NCBI RefSeq assembly: GCF_006345805.1 | Contig: NC_042999.1 | Coordinates: 50,530,001-50,594,000, forward strand | DNA from: Octopus sinensis | Taxonomy: Eukaryota | Length of the DNA: 64,000 bases | Direction of reading: 5' to 3' | Part shown: positions 25,039 to 36,130 of the stretch, one piece after another | Layout of the letters: each line of letters begins with the position of its first letter | How positions within the stretch are numbered: position 1 is the first letter of the stretch | Notes under the pieces: generated by a model | Told to the model about the DNA's origin: nothing | Database searches by the model: none | The model's input: only the letters and a program-made list of their open reading frames with translations | Translations under genes and position numbers: made by a program

Positions 25039-25307
25039 AGATATGTATATGTATATATATGTATATATACATACAAAACACTTTAAATTATGAGTATGTT
25101 AAGAACACTTATATTTCATTGCAAAATCACTGATGAAATCCAATTTCAAGGAATGAACCCAGTCTGGATTCTTTCAATGTATTTGTTCATAAAAATACTG
25201 AATATGCAAGCACATTGTTTACAAGTTGTATACATAAATCCTTGACCAAAACATCTAGCTTATATTTTATAGTACAATATAGTAATATTTAAATATATAC
25301 TAAGTTG

Positions 25308-25525
25308 GCCAGCTGGCAGAATTATTAGCATGCCAGGCAAAATGCTTAGCAGTATTACATCCATCTCTAACAATCTGAGTTCAAATTCTACTAAGGTCAA
25401 CTTTATCACTCATCCTTTCAGAGTCAATAAAATAAGAACCACTTGAGCATTGGGGGGGGGGGCGATGTAATCGACTTACTCCCTCCCCAGGACTTGCAAG
25501 CCTTGTGCCAAAATATAAAACAAAT
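25308..25525 (+). mobile_element. SINE family B
   Basis: Diverged full copy with an expanded G-run at 25392-25403. Confidence 0.75.
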
Positions 25526-26330
25526 ATTTAAATATACATGTCTTGTGTTGAAATCACACACCAACAGTTAACAAAAATTATCATCATATGGAATGACATT
25601 CATTTTTAATCTCCCATGAAAATATGTCCTGAAATTGTGCTACCTGTGTTCAATGTTCTGGAGAATATACTATTTTGATTGTAAACAGATAAGGGTTAAC
25701 AACAGGAAGAGCACCCAACCATAGTAATTCTGCTTGAATGAATTTTGCCTGCCTCATGCAAGCATGGAAAATGAGCATTAAAATGATGACAACGATGAAG
25801 GTGATGGTGGTGGCGGTGGTAGTTGTTTTGATGGTGGTGGTGATGGTGGTGGTTTTGGAGTAAAAGACACAGAAAGGAATAAAATACAAGAAACACTTAG
25901 AGAACCTTCTTTAACCAGAATATATAATCCAATTTAGATTTTCTGGTTTTAGTTATTTCCCTTCAGTTGCATTCCAAATACTTTTAGAAAAGGTTATAAA
26001 TATTAGAATTTCCTGTTTCAATAAAAATCAACAGAACCAATATCCTATTGAAAGATAGCTCTGATAAGAACCATTTTGCATATTGTGACTATTTATCATA
26101 AGAGCATTAAATATATGAAATATCTACAGAATCATATTGCTCATAATATGTGAATGTGGGTGTAGCTGCACAGTTAAGTTGTTCATTTCAAAATCATATG
26201 GTTTCAGGTTCAGTTCCAGAATGCAAGACCTAAATCATTTCAGCCATTGACATCCCAAATGAGATATTTTTGTAGGACATATAGGTGCAGCTGTGGTTGT
26301 GTGGTAAGAAGCAAGCTTTTTACCACATAC

Positions 26331-26745
26331 GGTGTCAAGCTGGCAGAAACGTTAGCATGCCAGGCAAAATGATTAGCGGTATTTCGTCTGCCGTTATGTT
26401 CTGAGTTCAAATTCAGCCGAGGTTGACTTTGCCTTTCATCCTTTTGGGGTCGATTAAATAAGTACCAGTTACGCACTGGGGTCGATGTAATCGACTTAAT
26501 TCCTTTGTCTGTCCTTGTTTGTCCTCTCTGTGTTTAGCCCCTTGTGGGTAGTAAAGACATAGGTATTTCGTCTCACGTTACGTTTTGAGTTCAAATTCCT
26601 CCGAGGACAACTTTGCCTTTCATCCTTTTGAGGTCAATAAATTAAGTACCAGTTACATACTGGAGTCGATGTAATTGACTTAATCTCCTTGTCTGTCCTT
26701 GCTTTTCCCCTCTATGTTTAGCCCCTTGTGGGCAATAAAGAAATA
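26331..26745 (+). mobile_element. SINE family B with partial internal re-duplication
   Basis: The tail ...taaagacata joins ggtatttcgtc and repeats body plus tail. Confidence 0.85.
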
Positions 26746-27379
26746 AGAAGCTTGCTTCCCAAATACATGTTCTTGGGTTCAGTCCACTGCATGGTACCTT
26801 GGGCAAGTATCTTCCATTTTCGCCTCAGGCTGACCAAAGCCTTGTGAGTGGACAGGATAGATGGAAGCTGAAAGAAGCCCATCGTGTGTGTATACCCACA
26901 CATGCAGAAGTACTTCTGTTCCACACTATGTTCTGCAAGAAATATGCATTGTTTAATTAGTGACAAGCCATAAGGTGTAAAAATATGCAAGTTAAGCTAT
27001 CCACTATAAAGACAACTGGATTTCTGACTGCATTATAAAGCAGTTGAACATGCTATCCTATTAACTTGGGGAAGGAATCTGGTTGTGTCTTCTCTCAAGA
27101 ATGATCCACAAACCTTGAAATAGCTTATCAAGAGACCCCTCACTAATACTTCTGCACATCGAAAGCATAGAAAGAATGTATTTATATTCCTATTTTTTTC
27201 CACCACTAAGCTTATATATATATATATATATATACAACTTTACACACACACACATATGTGTGTGTGTGTGTGTATGTATGTATATTCAACCTCTTTAATA
27301 AACATATTTTATCTCAAAGTGAACGTATGAATGTATAATTTACTTTCTCTGCAGGTTCTATTTTAATGGCAAGAATAAA

Positions 27380-27392
27380 CATATATATATAC

Positions 27393-27441
<49 letters not shown>

Positions 27442-27823
27442 TTATATATACATATATATATATACATATATATATATACATATATATGTATATATACATA
27501 TACATATATATACATATATATATATACATATGTATAAATATATATATATATATACATATATATACATATGTATATACGTATATATACATATATATATGCA
27601 TACATACATATATACATATGTATATACGTATATATACATATATATATGCATGAACATATAAATATATACATATATATATATATAGACATATAAATATATA
27701 CATATACATATGTATATATATAAATATATACACATATATATATACATATATATTTATAAACATATATATATATACATATATATTATAAACATATATATAT
27801 ATATGTATATGTATGTATATATA

Positions 27824-27860
<37 letters not shown>
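27380..27860. repeat. ~480-bp (TA)n/TATACA compound microsatellite
   Basis: Directly visible, with higher-order repeats. Confidence 0.95.
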
Positions 27861-27861
<1 letters not shown>

Positions 27862-28396
27862 CATGTTTTATGTAACTTCCATGTGCACAATTATTCATGA
27901 CCTAACTCTGTTGGGACATATGTTATTAAATTTGAGCACAACAACTTGTATTATTATTATATACATTTTTTACGGTTTTGTTTTTCCTAAGAAGATACAT
28001 TTTTTTCTTAACTTCAACAGTTGAGTGGTTAATAGTGATTTCTAGCAAACATTAATAAATACAAAACTAGTTGGACAATTTTTTTGCTTAATCATTGAAG
28101 CTCGTGTGGTTTGTCTGCAGGTGATATTGTCACAGTTTGATGTATGTTTATTGAACACATAAATGTGATTTGTATATACATATTTATCCATAAATATGCT
28201 CTATTGGAAATTTTTTTACTGGTGTGTATACACACATGTACAGAGAGTGAGAGATAGAGAAATATGTTCACAAGATAAATAGGTAGAAATTTAATTTGTT
28301 TATTCATTTTACATAGTTTTTTTTTTTTCTATGCCTGAATGGGTTAAATGACTATTTAGTGAAACCTAGAATTCAAACCACTTTCTCTAAGTTCTT

Positions 28397-28823
28397 TTCT
28401 ACTTAAGGCACAAGGCCCGAAATGTGGAGGGAGAAGGCCAGTCGACTAGATCGACCCAGTACACAACTGGTACTTAATTTATCAACCCCAAAGAGCGTAA
28501 CTGGTACTTATATAATCGACCCTGAAAGGATGAAAGGCAAAGTTGACCTCGGCAGAATTTGAACTCAGAACGTAACAGCAGACGAAATACCTATTTCTTT
28601 ACTACCCACAAGGGGCTAAACACAGAGGGGACACACAAGGACAGACAAATGGATTAAATCGATTACATCGACCTCAGTATGTAACTGGTACTTAATTTAT
28701 CGACCCCGGAAGGATGAAAGGCAAAGTCGACCTCGGCAGAATTTGAACTCAGAATGTAACGGCAGACAAAATACTGCTAAGCATTTCGCCTGGTGTGCTA
28801 ACGTTTCTGCCAGCTTGCCACTT
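28397..28823 (-). mobile_element. SINE family B multimer
   Basis: Head at ~28823, long tail, the same re-entry junction as 26560, then the short tail type. Confidence 0.85.
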
Positions 28824-29362
28824 TCTCTAAATTATCAAGCTAGAGCCACACATTTATGACATGTACATCCTATTTATTGACCAGTTAGACGGCAGGAGAT
28901 CATGCTGCAAAATTAGAACAAAAGTGAATGTCCTCGAGGTTCACATGCTCTTCAGATGTGACAAGCAAAGCCTACAATGATCAAGTTACAGAGGTTCAAG
29001 ATAACCAGACCACCACAGAGAACACAAATCTTGCAGCTTACCATAATTCAGATCAGGGAAGAGCTTTAACAAGATTTAGAAGACTCACATCTCTTTGACT
29101 TTTACTCCAAGGCAAACACACTTAAAAATATGTTATTTCATTTCTCACCACTAGCAAGTCAAAAATAGGAGTAGATACAAATAAACTCGCATAATTTTCA
29201 TTCAAGATGAATTCATTCCTGTCTCTTGGGTAAGCCATTAATGTCTGTAGAATTTACATGCTAAGAAAGTTGATCCCTATATCCTAATTCTCTACCAGTG
29301 AGTATCTAAAAATTATTGGGCACATATATATGTATCTATGTATATATATATATATATATAGG

Positions 29363-29541
29363 AGGCACAGGAGTGGCTGTGGGGTAAATAGCTTCCTTAC
29401 CAACCACATAGTTCCGAGTTCAGTTCCACTGCATGGCACCTTGGGCAAGTGTCTTCTACTATAGCCTCGGGCCGACCAATGCCTTGTGAGTGGATTTGGT
29501 AGACGGAAACTGAAAGAAGCCCGTTGTGTGTGTATATATAT

Positions 29542-29588
<47 letters not shown>

Positions 29589-29800
29589 TGTGCATGTATA
29601 TGTTTGTGTGTCTATGTTTGTCCCCCCAACATCATTTGACAACCGATGCTGGTGTATTTATGTCACCGTAACTTAGCAGTTCGCCAAAAGAGAAAGATGG
29701 AATAAGTACTAGGCTTAAAGAATAAGTCCTGGAGTTGATTTCCTTGACTAAAGGTGGTGCTCCAGCATGGCTGCAGTCAAATGACTGAAACATATAAAAG
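29363..29800 (+). mobile_element. SINE family A
   Basis: Full-length copy. Confidence 0.88.
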
Positions 29801-29996
29801 AATATATATATATCGTCAGTAGTTCATATATTTGGAAAAAAAATTACACACTAAAGTGCTTTATAGGTGTGAAACCAATGGTCACTTTATCACCAGCCAT
29901 AACATTTGACTTTCTAAAATATATATACATATGTGTGTGTGTGTGTGCACGTGTGTGTGTGTATGTGTGTGCATGTTTGTTCAGCTTTTCCTTAAA

Positions 29997-30380
29997 TCTT
30001 TATATGTAAAAGTAAGGTTGTGTCTGTCTCCTACGATTTAGATTCCTAACCACTCCCACATTTTGCGGTGCAGTTTAACCAAAACCGGGTATCTTATAGT
30101 CATGATTCATATCGAGCCCTTCTGGGTATTAGCGCGCATCTACGATGAGTCTATGATTTTAAAAATAATTTACCGTCATTTTTTTCCATTTTAATGCATT
30201 TTTTCGCTATTATATAAGGGAAGTAACTCTCTAAAAATGTCTACGATGAGTCAACGATTTAAAAAAAAATTTACCATCATTTTTTTCCATTTTTAATGCA
30301 TATTTTTGCTATTTTTTGGCTATAACTCTCTAAAAATGCTTTATAGTTATTTCCCTTACAAACCCGAGCAATACTGCTAG
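29997..30380 (+). mobile_element. Non-autonomous Helitron-like element
   Basis: a|TCtttatatgtaaaag ... ctgCTAG|t: TC start, CTAG end and A-T insertion site. It has an internal ~100-bp tandem duplication (30138-30338) and an apparently partly deleted terminal hairpin. Confidence 0.7.
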
Positions 30381-30627
30381 TATATTATACAATGTTTGTT
30401 CGTTCCTGTTTACAACAGACACAAGAAACCTAATTCATAACAGTCTTAAACCAAAGGCCACAGTCATAATGAAGACCAACCAACACACACCACCATCAGA
30501 GATCTCTATATAATACATCTCTCCCAGCAACTTAGTGCTGGGTCACACTTATAGATCTAGTAGGACTCATCCCTCTCCAGATCTGACCACAGTCAGCTTC
30601 TTCCAGAAGGAGAGAAAGAGACAAATG

Positions 30628-30708
30628 GAAGAAGAAGAAGAAGAAGAAGAAGAAGAAGAAGAAGAAGAAGAAGAAGAAGAAGAAGAAGAAGAAGAAGAAG
30701 AAGAAGAA
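30628..30708. repeat. (GAA)27 pure trinucleotide repeat
   Basis: Counted directly; it continues as a GGA-rich tract to 30730. Confidence 0.97.
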
Positions 30709-30993
30709 GGAGGAGAAGGAGGAGGAGGAAGATGCTTTATTTAGTGACTCACTGAATGACCAAGAGTCAAATTTGACTTCAGCCGGATTTGAATTAACAG
30801 TGTTGCTGTTGTAAGTTTCTTCTTTTAACAAACTGTCCACGCATTTCCCATTTCCAAGTGTATGTATGAGAGATCCCTTATTTGAATAACAAGTAAGGGT
30901 AGATAACAAAAATAACAATCCAGCTGTAAAACAATACTTTATTAATGTTTTCATCTAACTCCTTCTAACATGGGAAAACACTGAAAAACGAAT

Positions 30994-31063
<70 letters not shown>

Positions 31064-32000
31064 CGTATGTATAGTTATAGGGTGTTGCAATCCCAAAAGA
31101 TCTTGGTACAGGAAGTTAGTAAGCAACAAGCATGAAGACAACTTGAATAGATAACAAAATTGAATAATATACAATAAGGAAAGATTGATAGCTAAAGTTT
31201 TCTATATGTATGACAAGTTAAGTAAAACATATAAGAGTGTGTTTGAAACATATGTAACCCTTATTTGCCCTTTCCATTCCTTACATTCTTTGAGAGAGAG
31301 AGAGAAAGACAGAGACAGACAGACAGAGAGAAGATAGAGAGAGATTATAGGCACACTGTCAATCTAAGTGGCATTTAGTATTGCATTGTATCACTCAGAC
31401 AACACCTACTAAATGGTAATGGGAGAAATGAGTACAATACATATGTGAAAATAATAGCATCTTGAGAGCAGGTGAAGAACATATGAATAGATATTTTGAG
31501 CATACACTATGTCTATGGGACCCAAAGGCCACTAGACTAAAACCTATTTATACATAAACTTGGAAAAGTTTGAGAGTAAACTTTATCTCAAATAGTCATT
31601 ATTTATGTATTTTGTATCTATTGTAATTTGTTTTTAATACCCTGTTGGACATACTCAGTGAAGTATAAATATATTAGTAACTTGGTTATAATGTTTTATA
31701 TATACACACACACACACATATTTATACACACACATACAAACATGTACATACATGTATATATATATGTAAGTGCACACGTACATATTAATATATATGTACA
31801 TATATATATGGCAAATGAAAGACAAAAGATGGAATATACAAGAATTTATTAAATACGACAATTGTTTTGACACATCTAGTAAGCTACCAGGTGTAAACCA
31901 TTCGTTTTATTATCCAATATGTACATATACATTATATATATATATATATCTATATATATATATATATATATACTTACATGCAATTAAATATATCTTCATA

Positions 32001-32140
32001 GATAAACCAAGGTTTTACATCCATAAAGCCCTTAGCTTCATAGACGCCTCATCAGACTGTAATGGCAGAAGACATTAAAATGTGATGAGGCATCTATAAA
32101 GCTTTTAGCTTTATAGATGCAAAACCATTGGTCACTCTAT
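32001..32140. ncRNA. Divergent inverted pair of decayed type I hammerhead motifs
   Basis: Minus: CUGAUGA g gcgucuaugaagc-uaagg-gcuuuauggaugu aAAAC cuug GUU. Plus: gUGAUGA g gcaucuauaaagc-uuuua-gcuuuauagaugc aAAAC cauug GUC acucuau. Both have a 13-bp stem II. Confidence 0.65.
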
Positions 32141-32243
32141 GACTAGACACATATTTAACTGCATGTAAATACATTACTATTCTACTATTTTGAGTATGCT
32201 CCTTTTTCGGATATATGATCCACTGATAATCCATATATACATC

Positions 32244-32546
32244 TGAGACCCCCTTCGGTCACAACACAGACCATGGGTTTGCAACTAGAAAGTTACCCTC
32301 CCAGGCACAAGTCCGGGCAAGGTTGTTTATGGAAGACCAGCAGTCGCCCATGCATACCAGCCTCCCCTCTCCACACCACCAGTTTTATCCAAAGAAAAGG
32401 CAAAGGCCGATACAGCTTGGCACCAGTGACATCACAACTCATTTCTACAGCTGAGTGAACTGGAGCAATATGAAATAAAGTGTCTTGCTCAAGAACACAA
32501 CACACAACCTCACAATCATAAGCTCAACACTCTAAACACTGAGCCA
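32244..32546 (-). mobile_element. tRNA(Arg-like)-derived SINE, family E, B-box deleted
   Basis: Reverse head ggctcagtgtttagagtgttgagcttatgattgtgagg, then gtgttcttgagcaagacac and ctcagctgtagaaatgag; the B-box segment is missing. Confidence 0.75.
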
Positions 32547-32621
32547 TATATATATGTGTACGTAAATGGATATGTAAGTAAACAGACAGTTTCTGGGTAT
32601 TGTGATTGTCCAGTGATTGTT

Positions 32622-32664
32622 GTGCGCTGATGATAGGTCAATACCCAGAAACTGCAGTCCGTGC
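32622..32664 (+). ncRNA. Type I hammerhead ribozyme with intact catalytic core
   Basis: gugcg CUGAUGA uaggu-caau-accca GAAAC ugca GUC cgugc. All core nucleotides are present, stem I has 5 bp (2 GU), stem II has one A-C mismatch, and stem III is palindromic (acugcagu). Predicted cleavage is after 32659. Confidence 0.8.
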
Positions 32665-32919
32665 GTATCACTTAGGTTGACAAGGGAAGGATGACCTCCC
32701 TTTGCAAATACCGATAGGGCACAGAAAGTGTGTCAATAGCCAGCTGGAGAAGATGTTCTCCTGGGGCTACAAGCTACAGTAACATCTACCCTTAGTGGTT
32801 AGCCATATTGAGATGGCAAATATACTTCACATTGTATTATATATATATATATGTATATACATATAAATATTATATACATATATATGTGTATATATATTAC
32901 ATATATGTATATATATATA

Positions 32920-33492
32920 TGACCTCAGAGAGTTGGGCCTCACTGAGGCAATGGCGAAGGACCGAGATCTCTGGAGATGTGCTGTGACTGCAAAGACCCG
33001 GGATGCTTCCGGCACCAGTTCCACATAGCCCCTGCCCATTCAAAGTACCTTGGATCCCAGAACATCTCGCTGTGCTTGAGGAGACCTGTTGAGTCAAGTG
33101 CATGTGCATGTACATGAACATCGAAACAAATATCAATGGAAATAGTAGTTGTGATACCTGTGCCGGTGGTACATACAAAGCACCATCCGAACGTGGCCGA
33201 TACCAGCGCTGCCTCGACTGGCTTCTGTGCCGGTGGCACGTTAAATGCAGCACCAACCGATTGTGGCCGATGCCAGACTCCCCTGGCACCTGTGCCGGTG
33301 GCACGTAAAAAGCACCCACAACACTCGCGGAGTCGTTGGTATTAGGAAGGGCATCCAGCTGTAGAAACACTGCCAGATCAGACTGGAGCCTGGTGCAGCC
33401 CCTGGCTTCCCAGACCCCGGTCGAACCGTCCAACCCGTGCTAGCACGGAAAACGGACGTTAAACGATGATGATGATGATGATGATGATGATG
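32920..33492 (+). mobile_element. 5'-truncated RTE LINE 3' end, distinct subfamily
   Basis: DLRELGLTEAMAKDRDLWRCAVTAKTRDASGTSST*, then 3'UTR subrepeats and a (GAT)n tail. Confidence 0.88.
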
Positions 33493-33499
33493 AAATATA

Positions 33500-33890
33500 T
33501 GGCTGCATGGTAAGAAGCTTGCTTCCAAACCAAATGGTTCAGGGTTCAGTCCTATTGTGTGGTACCTGGGGCAAGTGTCTTCTACAATAGCCTTGGGCTG
33601 ACCAAAACCCTGTGAGTTGATTTAGCAGGCAGAAACTGAAAGTAGCCTGTCATGTATATATTTGTGTGTATATATTTATGTGTGTGTGTTTTTGCGTCAG
33701 TGTTTGTTCTCCCACCATCACTTGACAACCAATGTTGGTGTGTTTATTTCCCTGAAACCTAGTAGTTTGGCAAAAGAGACCGACAGAATAAGTACTAGGC
33801 TTACAAAGAATAAATCCTGGAGTTGATTTCTTCAACTGAAGGAGGTGCTCCAGCGTGGCCACAGTCAAATAAGTGAAATGTTTAAAAGAG
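33500..33890 (+). mobile_element. SINE family A, diverged
   Basis: Head, body and tail are recognisable. Confidence 0.8.
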
Positions 33891-34315
33891 TACATATATA
33901 TATATATATATTACCTGATGAGGCCTGAGGCCTATATTTAGCATGAAACTTGAAGTCATGGAGAAGTAATATTTGTCTACTATATATTAATATAAGTATA
34001 TATTTATTCAACAAAAATGTATTGCTCATTCTTTTTCATCAGGGAAACAGAAATTATTATAATACACTAACACCACATATATATATATAAATATATCTAC
34101 ACACACACAAGCACAAATATAAACATACACACATGCATATCTTCATGTATGAGGGTGTATGCTTGCATATATGTATACATGTATGTATGAATATATAATA
34201 AAGGAATGAAGGAATACGTTCTAGTGCACACAAGCATGAAAAAGGAAACCCTCAATGCAAAAGCAAGTGCAATATATGTGTATGCGTATACACATGTGTA
34301 AGTATGTATATATAT

Positions 34316-34357
<42 letters not shown>

Positions 34358-34386
34358 CTGTATACATGTGGATGTGTGTGTGTGTA

Positions 34387-34422
<36 letters not shown>

Positions 34423-34874
34423 TTTCATGCACGTTGCATGCATGTCCATGCAGTATATTTTCAATAAAATAATTAGTTCTTTTGAGCTGAATGAGGCCAA
34501 TTTGGCAATCAATATAATTGATTGATTCAGATTTTAGTATCATATTGGTGTTTGTTATATTAACTATGGAAGAAAGAAAAGACAGTCGATCTTAGACTGA
34601 ATAGAACTGAGAAATGTTTAAAAAGAAAAAAAATCTGAACAAAGATATCATAAATCATCTTGACTCACTTATTACTAACTCTGAAATAAAGCCACGCTCA
34701 GAGATAATTCAAGGAATTTGCATCTTAGAGTGTTTGGGAATAAATAGAAAACTGAATGTTTGTGTATAAATGATTTATTTTCTTAGGAAAAAAAAAGAAA
34801 AATAATTTAAAGAATTTTTATAGAAACGAAACTACTTCTTGTTCTTCTTCTTCATATTATTATCATTATTATTA

Positions 34875-35088
34875 AGGCGGTGAGCTGACAGAATCATTAG
34901 CACGCTGGGCAAAATGCTTAGCGGTATTTTGTCTGCTACTTCATTCTGAGTTCAAATTCTGCTAAGGTTGACTTTGCCTTTCAACCTTTCGGGGTCGATA
35001 AATTAAGTACCAGTTGCGTATTGGGCTTGATCTATTCGAGTGGTCCCCTCCCCCAAAATTTTGGGCCTTGTGCCTAGAGTAGAAAATA

Positions 35089-35125
<37 letters not shown>

Positions 35126-35323
35126 GGTGGTAAGTTGGCAGAATCGTTAGCACACTGGGCAACATGCTCAGTGGTATTTCGTCTGTTCAAATTCTGCCAA
35201 GGTCGACTTTGCCTTTCGTCCTTTTGTGGTTGATAGATTATGTATCAGTTAAGCACTGAGGGTCAATGTAAATGACTGTCCTCCTTCCCAGAAAATCCTG
35301 GCCTAGTGCCTATAGTAGAAAGG

Positions 35324-35362
<39 letters not shown>

Positions 35363-35500
35363 CTATTAAGGAAATTAGCTGGTTGAACCATGAGCATGCC
35401 AGGCAAAATGTTTAGCAGCATTTCATCCATCTTTATGTTCCGCCGGGGTCAATTTTGCTCTTCATCCTTTCAGGGCCAATGAAATAAGTGGCAGTCAAGC
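34875..35500 (+). mobile_element. Three head-to-tail family B SINEs separated by (ATT)n
   Basis: Heads at ~34875, ~35124 and ~35357, each preceded by (ATT)n. Confidence 0.8.
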
Positions 35501-35989
35501 CCTGGATGAGAAGGGGTAGACATAACCGCAAAACCATACACACACATATATCCACACACACAATGGGCTTCCACACAGTTTCCGTCTACCTAATTCACTT
35601 AATCTTGTGAACTGTTGCAGAGTTATTTCTCTGAATTCTCCCTTGATATCTTTATCTCATCTCATTCATATGTATTTTACTTGGTTTCTCAAGATACAAG
35701 AACTTAGTTGTTAGGGTGTGAGGCTCATGTCCTTAAGGCAATAGGTTTGATACATTGTCTCTGTAATCAGGGTACTTCATTTCCTGTTGCTTCAATCTAT
35801 CAACTAAAAATGAGTACCAACCAAAGGCTGGTACAGCCTTCTTCCCCTCCAGCTTTTACATCCTAGATGTTCTTCTGGGTTGAGTGTTAGAGGGTTGAAA
35901 GAATGCTTACATTTTCTTGCAGCCTCAGCGGTACTGGAACAATAAGTGCTAAGAACATGCCAGAAACAAGTTCTTTTAAATGCCTGGCT

Positions 35990-36130
35990 GGTTCATTAGG
36001 AGTAGTTAATAGCTTCCATTATTAAAGTAACATAATTAGCAGTGGAGACAGTTGTTCTGAAAATATAGTAGCTAGGGTAAGAATCGGTTGGAAAAGGTTC
36101 AGGAAGCTTTTACCTCTGCAGATGCAAGGA
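35990..36130 (+). pseudogene. RTE RT fragment
   Basis: SLGVVNSFHY*SNIISSGDSCSENIVARVRIGWKRFRKLLPL resembles the F.YLG...ARI..GW..FRELLP segment also seen at 11800-11910. Confidence 0.65.

Noticed and set aside
27314-27763. 100-150 aa ORFs on both strands
   Set aside because: Translations of the (TA)n/TATACA microsatellite (I/Y/M/C only).
28925-28960. Minus-strand CUGAAGA hammerhead candidate
   Set aside because: GAAC instead of GAAA, no real stem II, and GAC at the cleavage position.
32587-32654. C/D box snoRNA
   Set aside because: The box C match is poor (gTGATTG) and CTGA is 8 nt from the terminal stem; the hammerhead reading explains more of the sequence.
34097-34543. 148-aa ORF with a complex N-terminus
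   Set aside because: Two thirds is microsatellite translation, and the N-terminal 40 aa have no motif or splice support.
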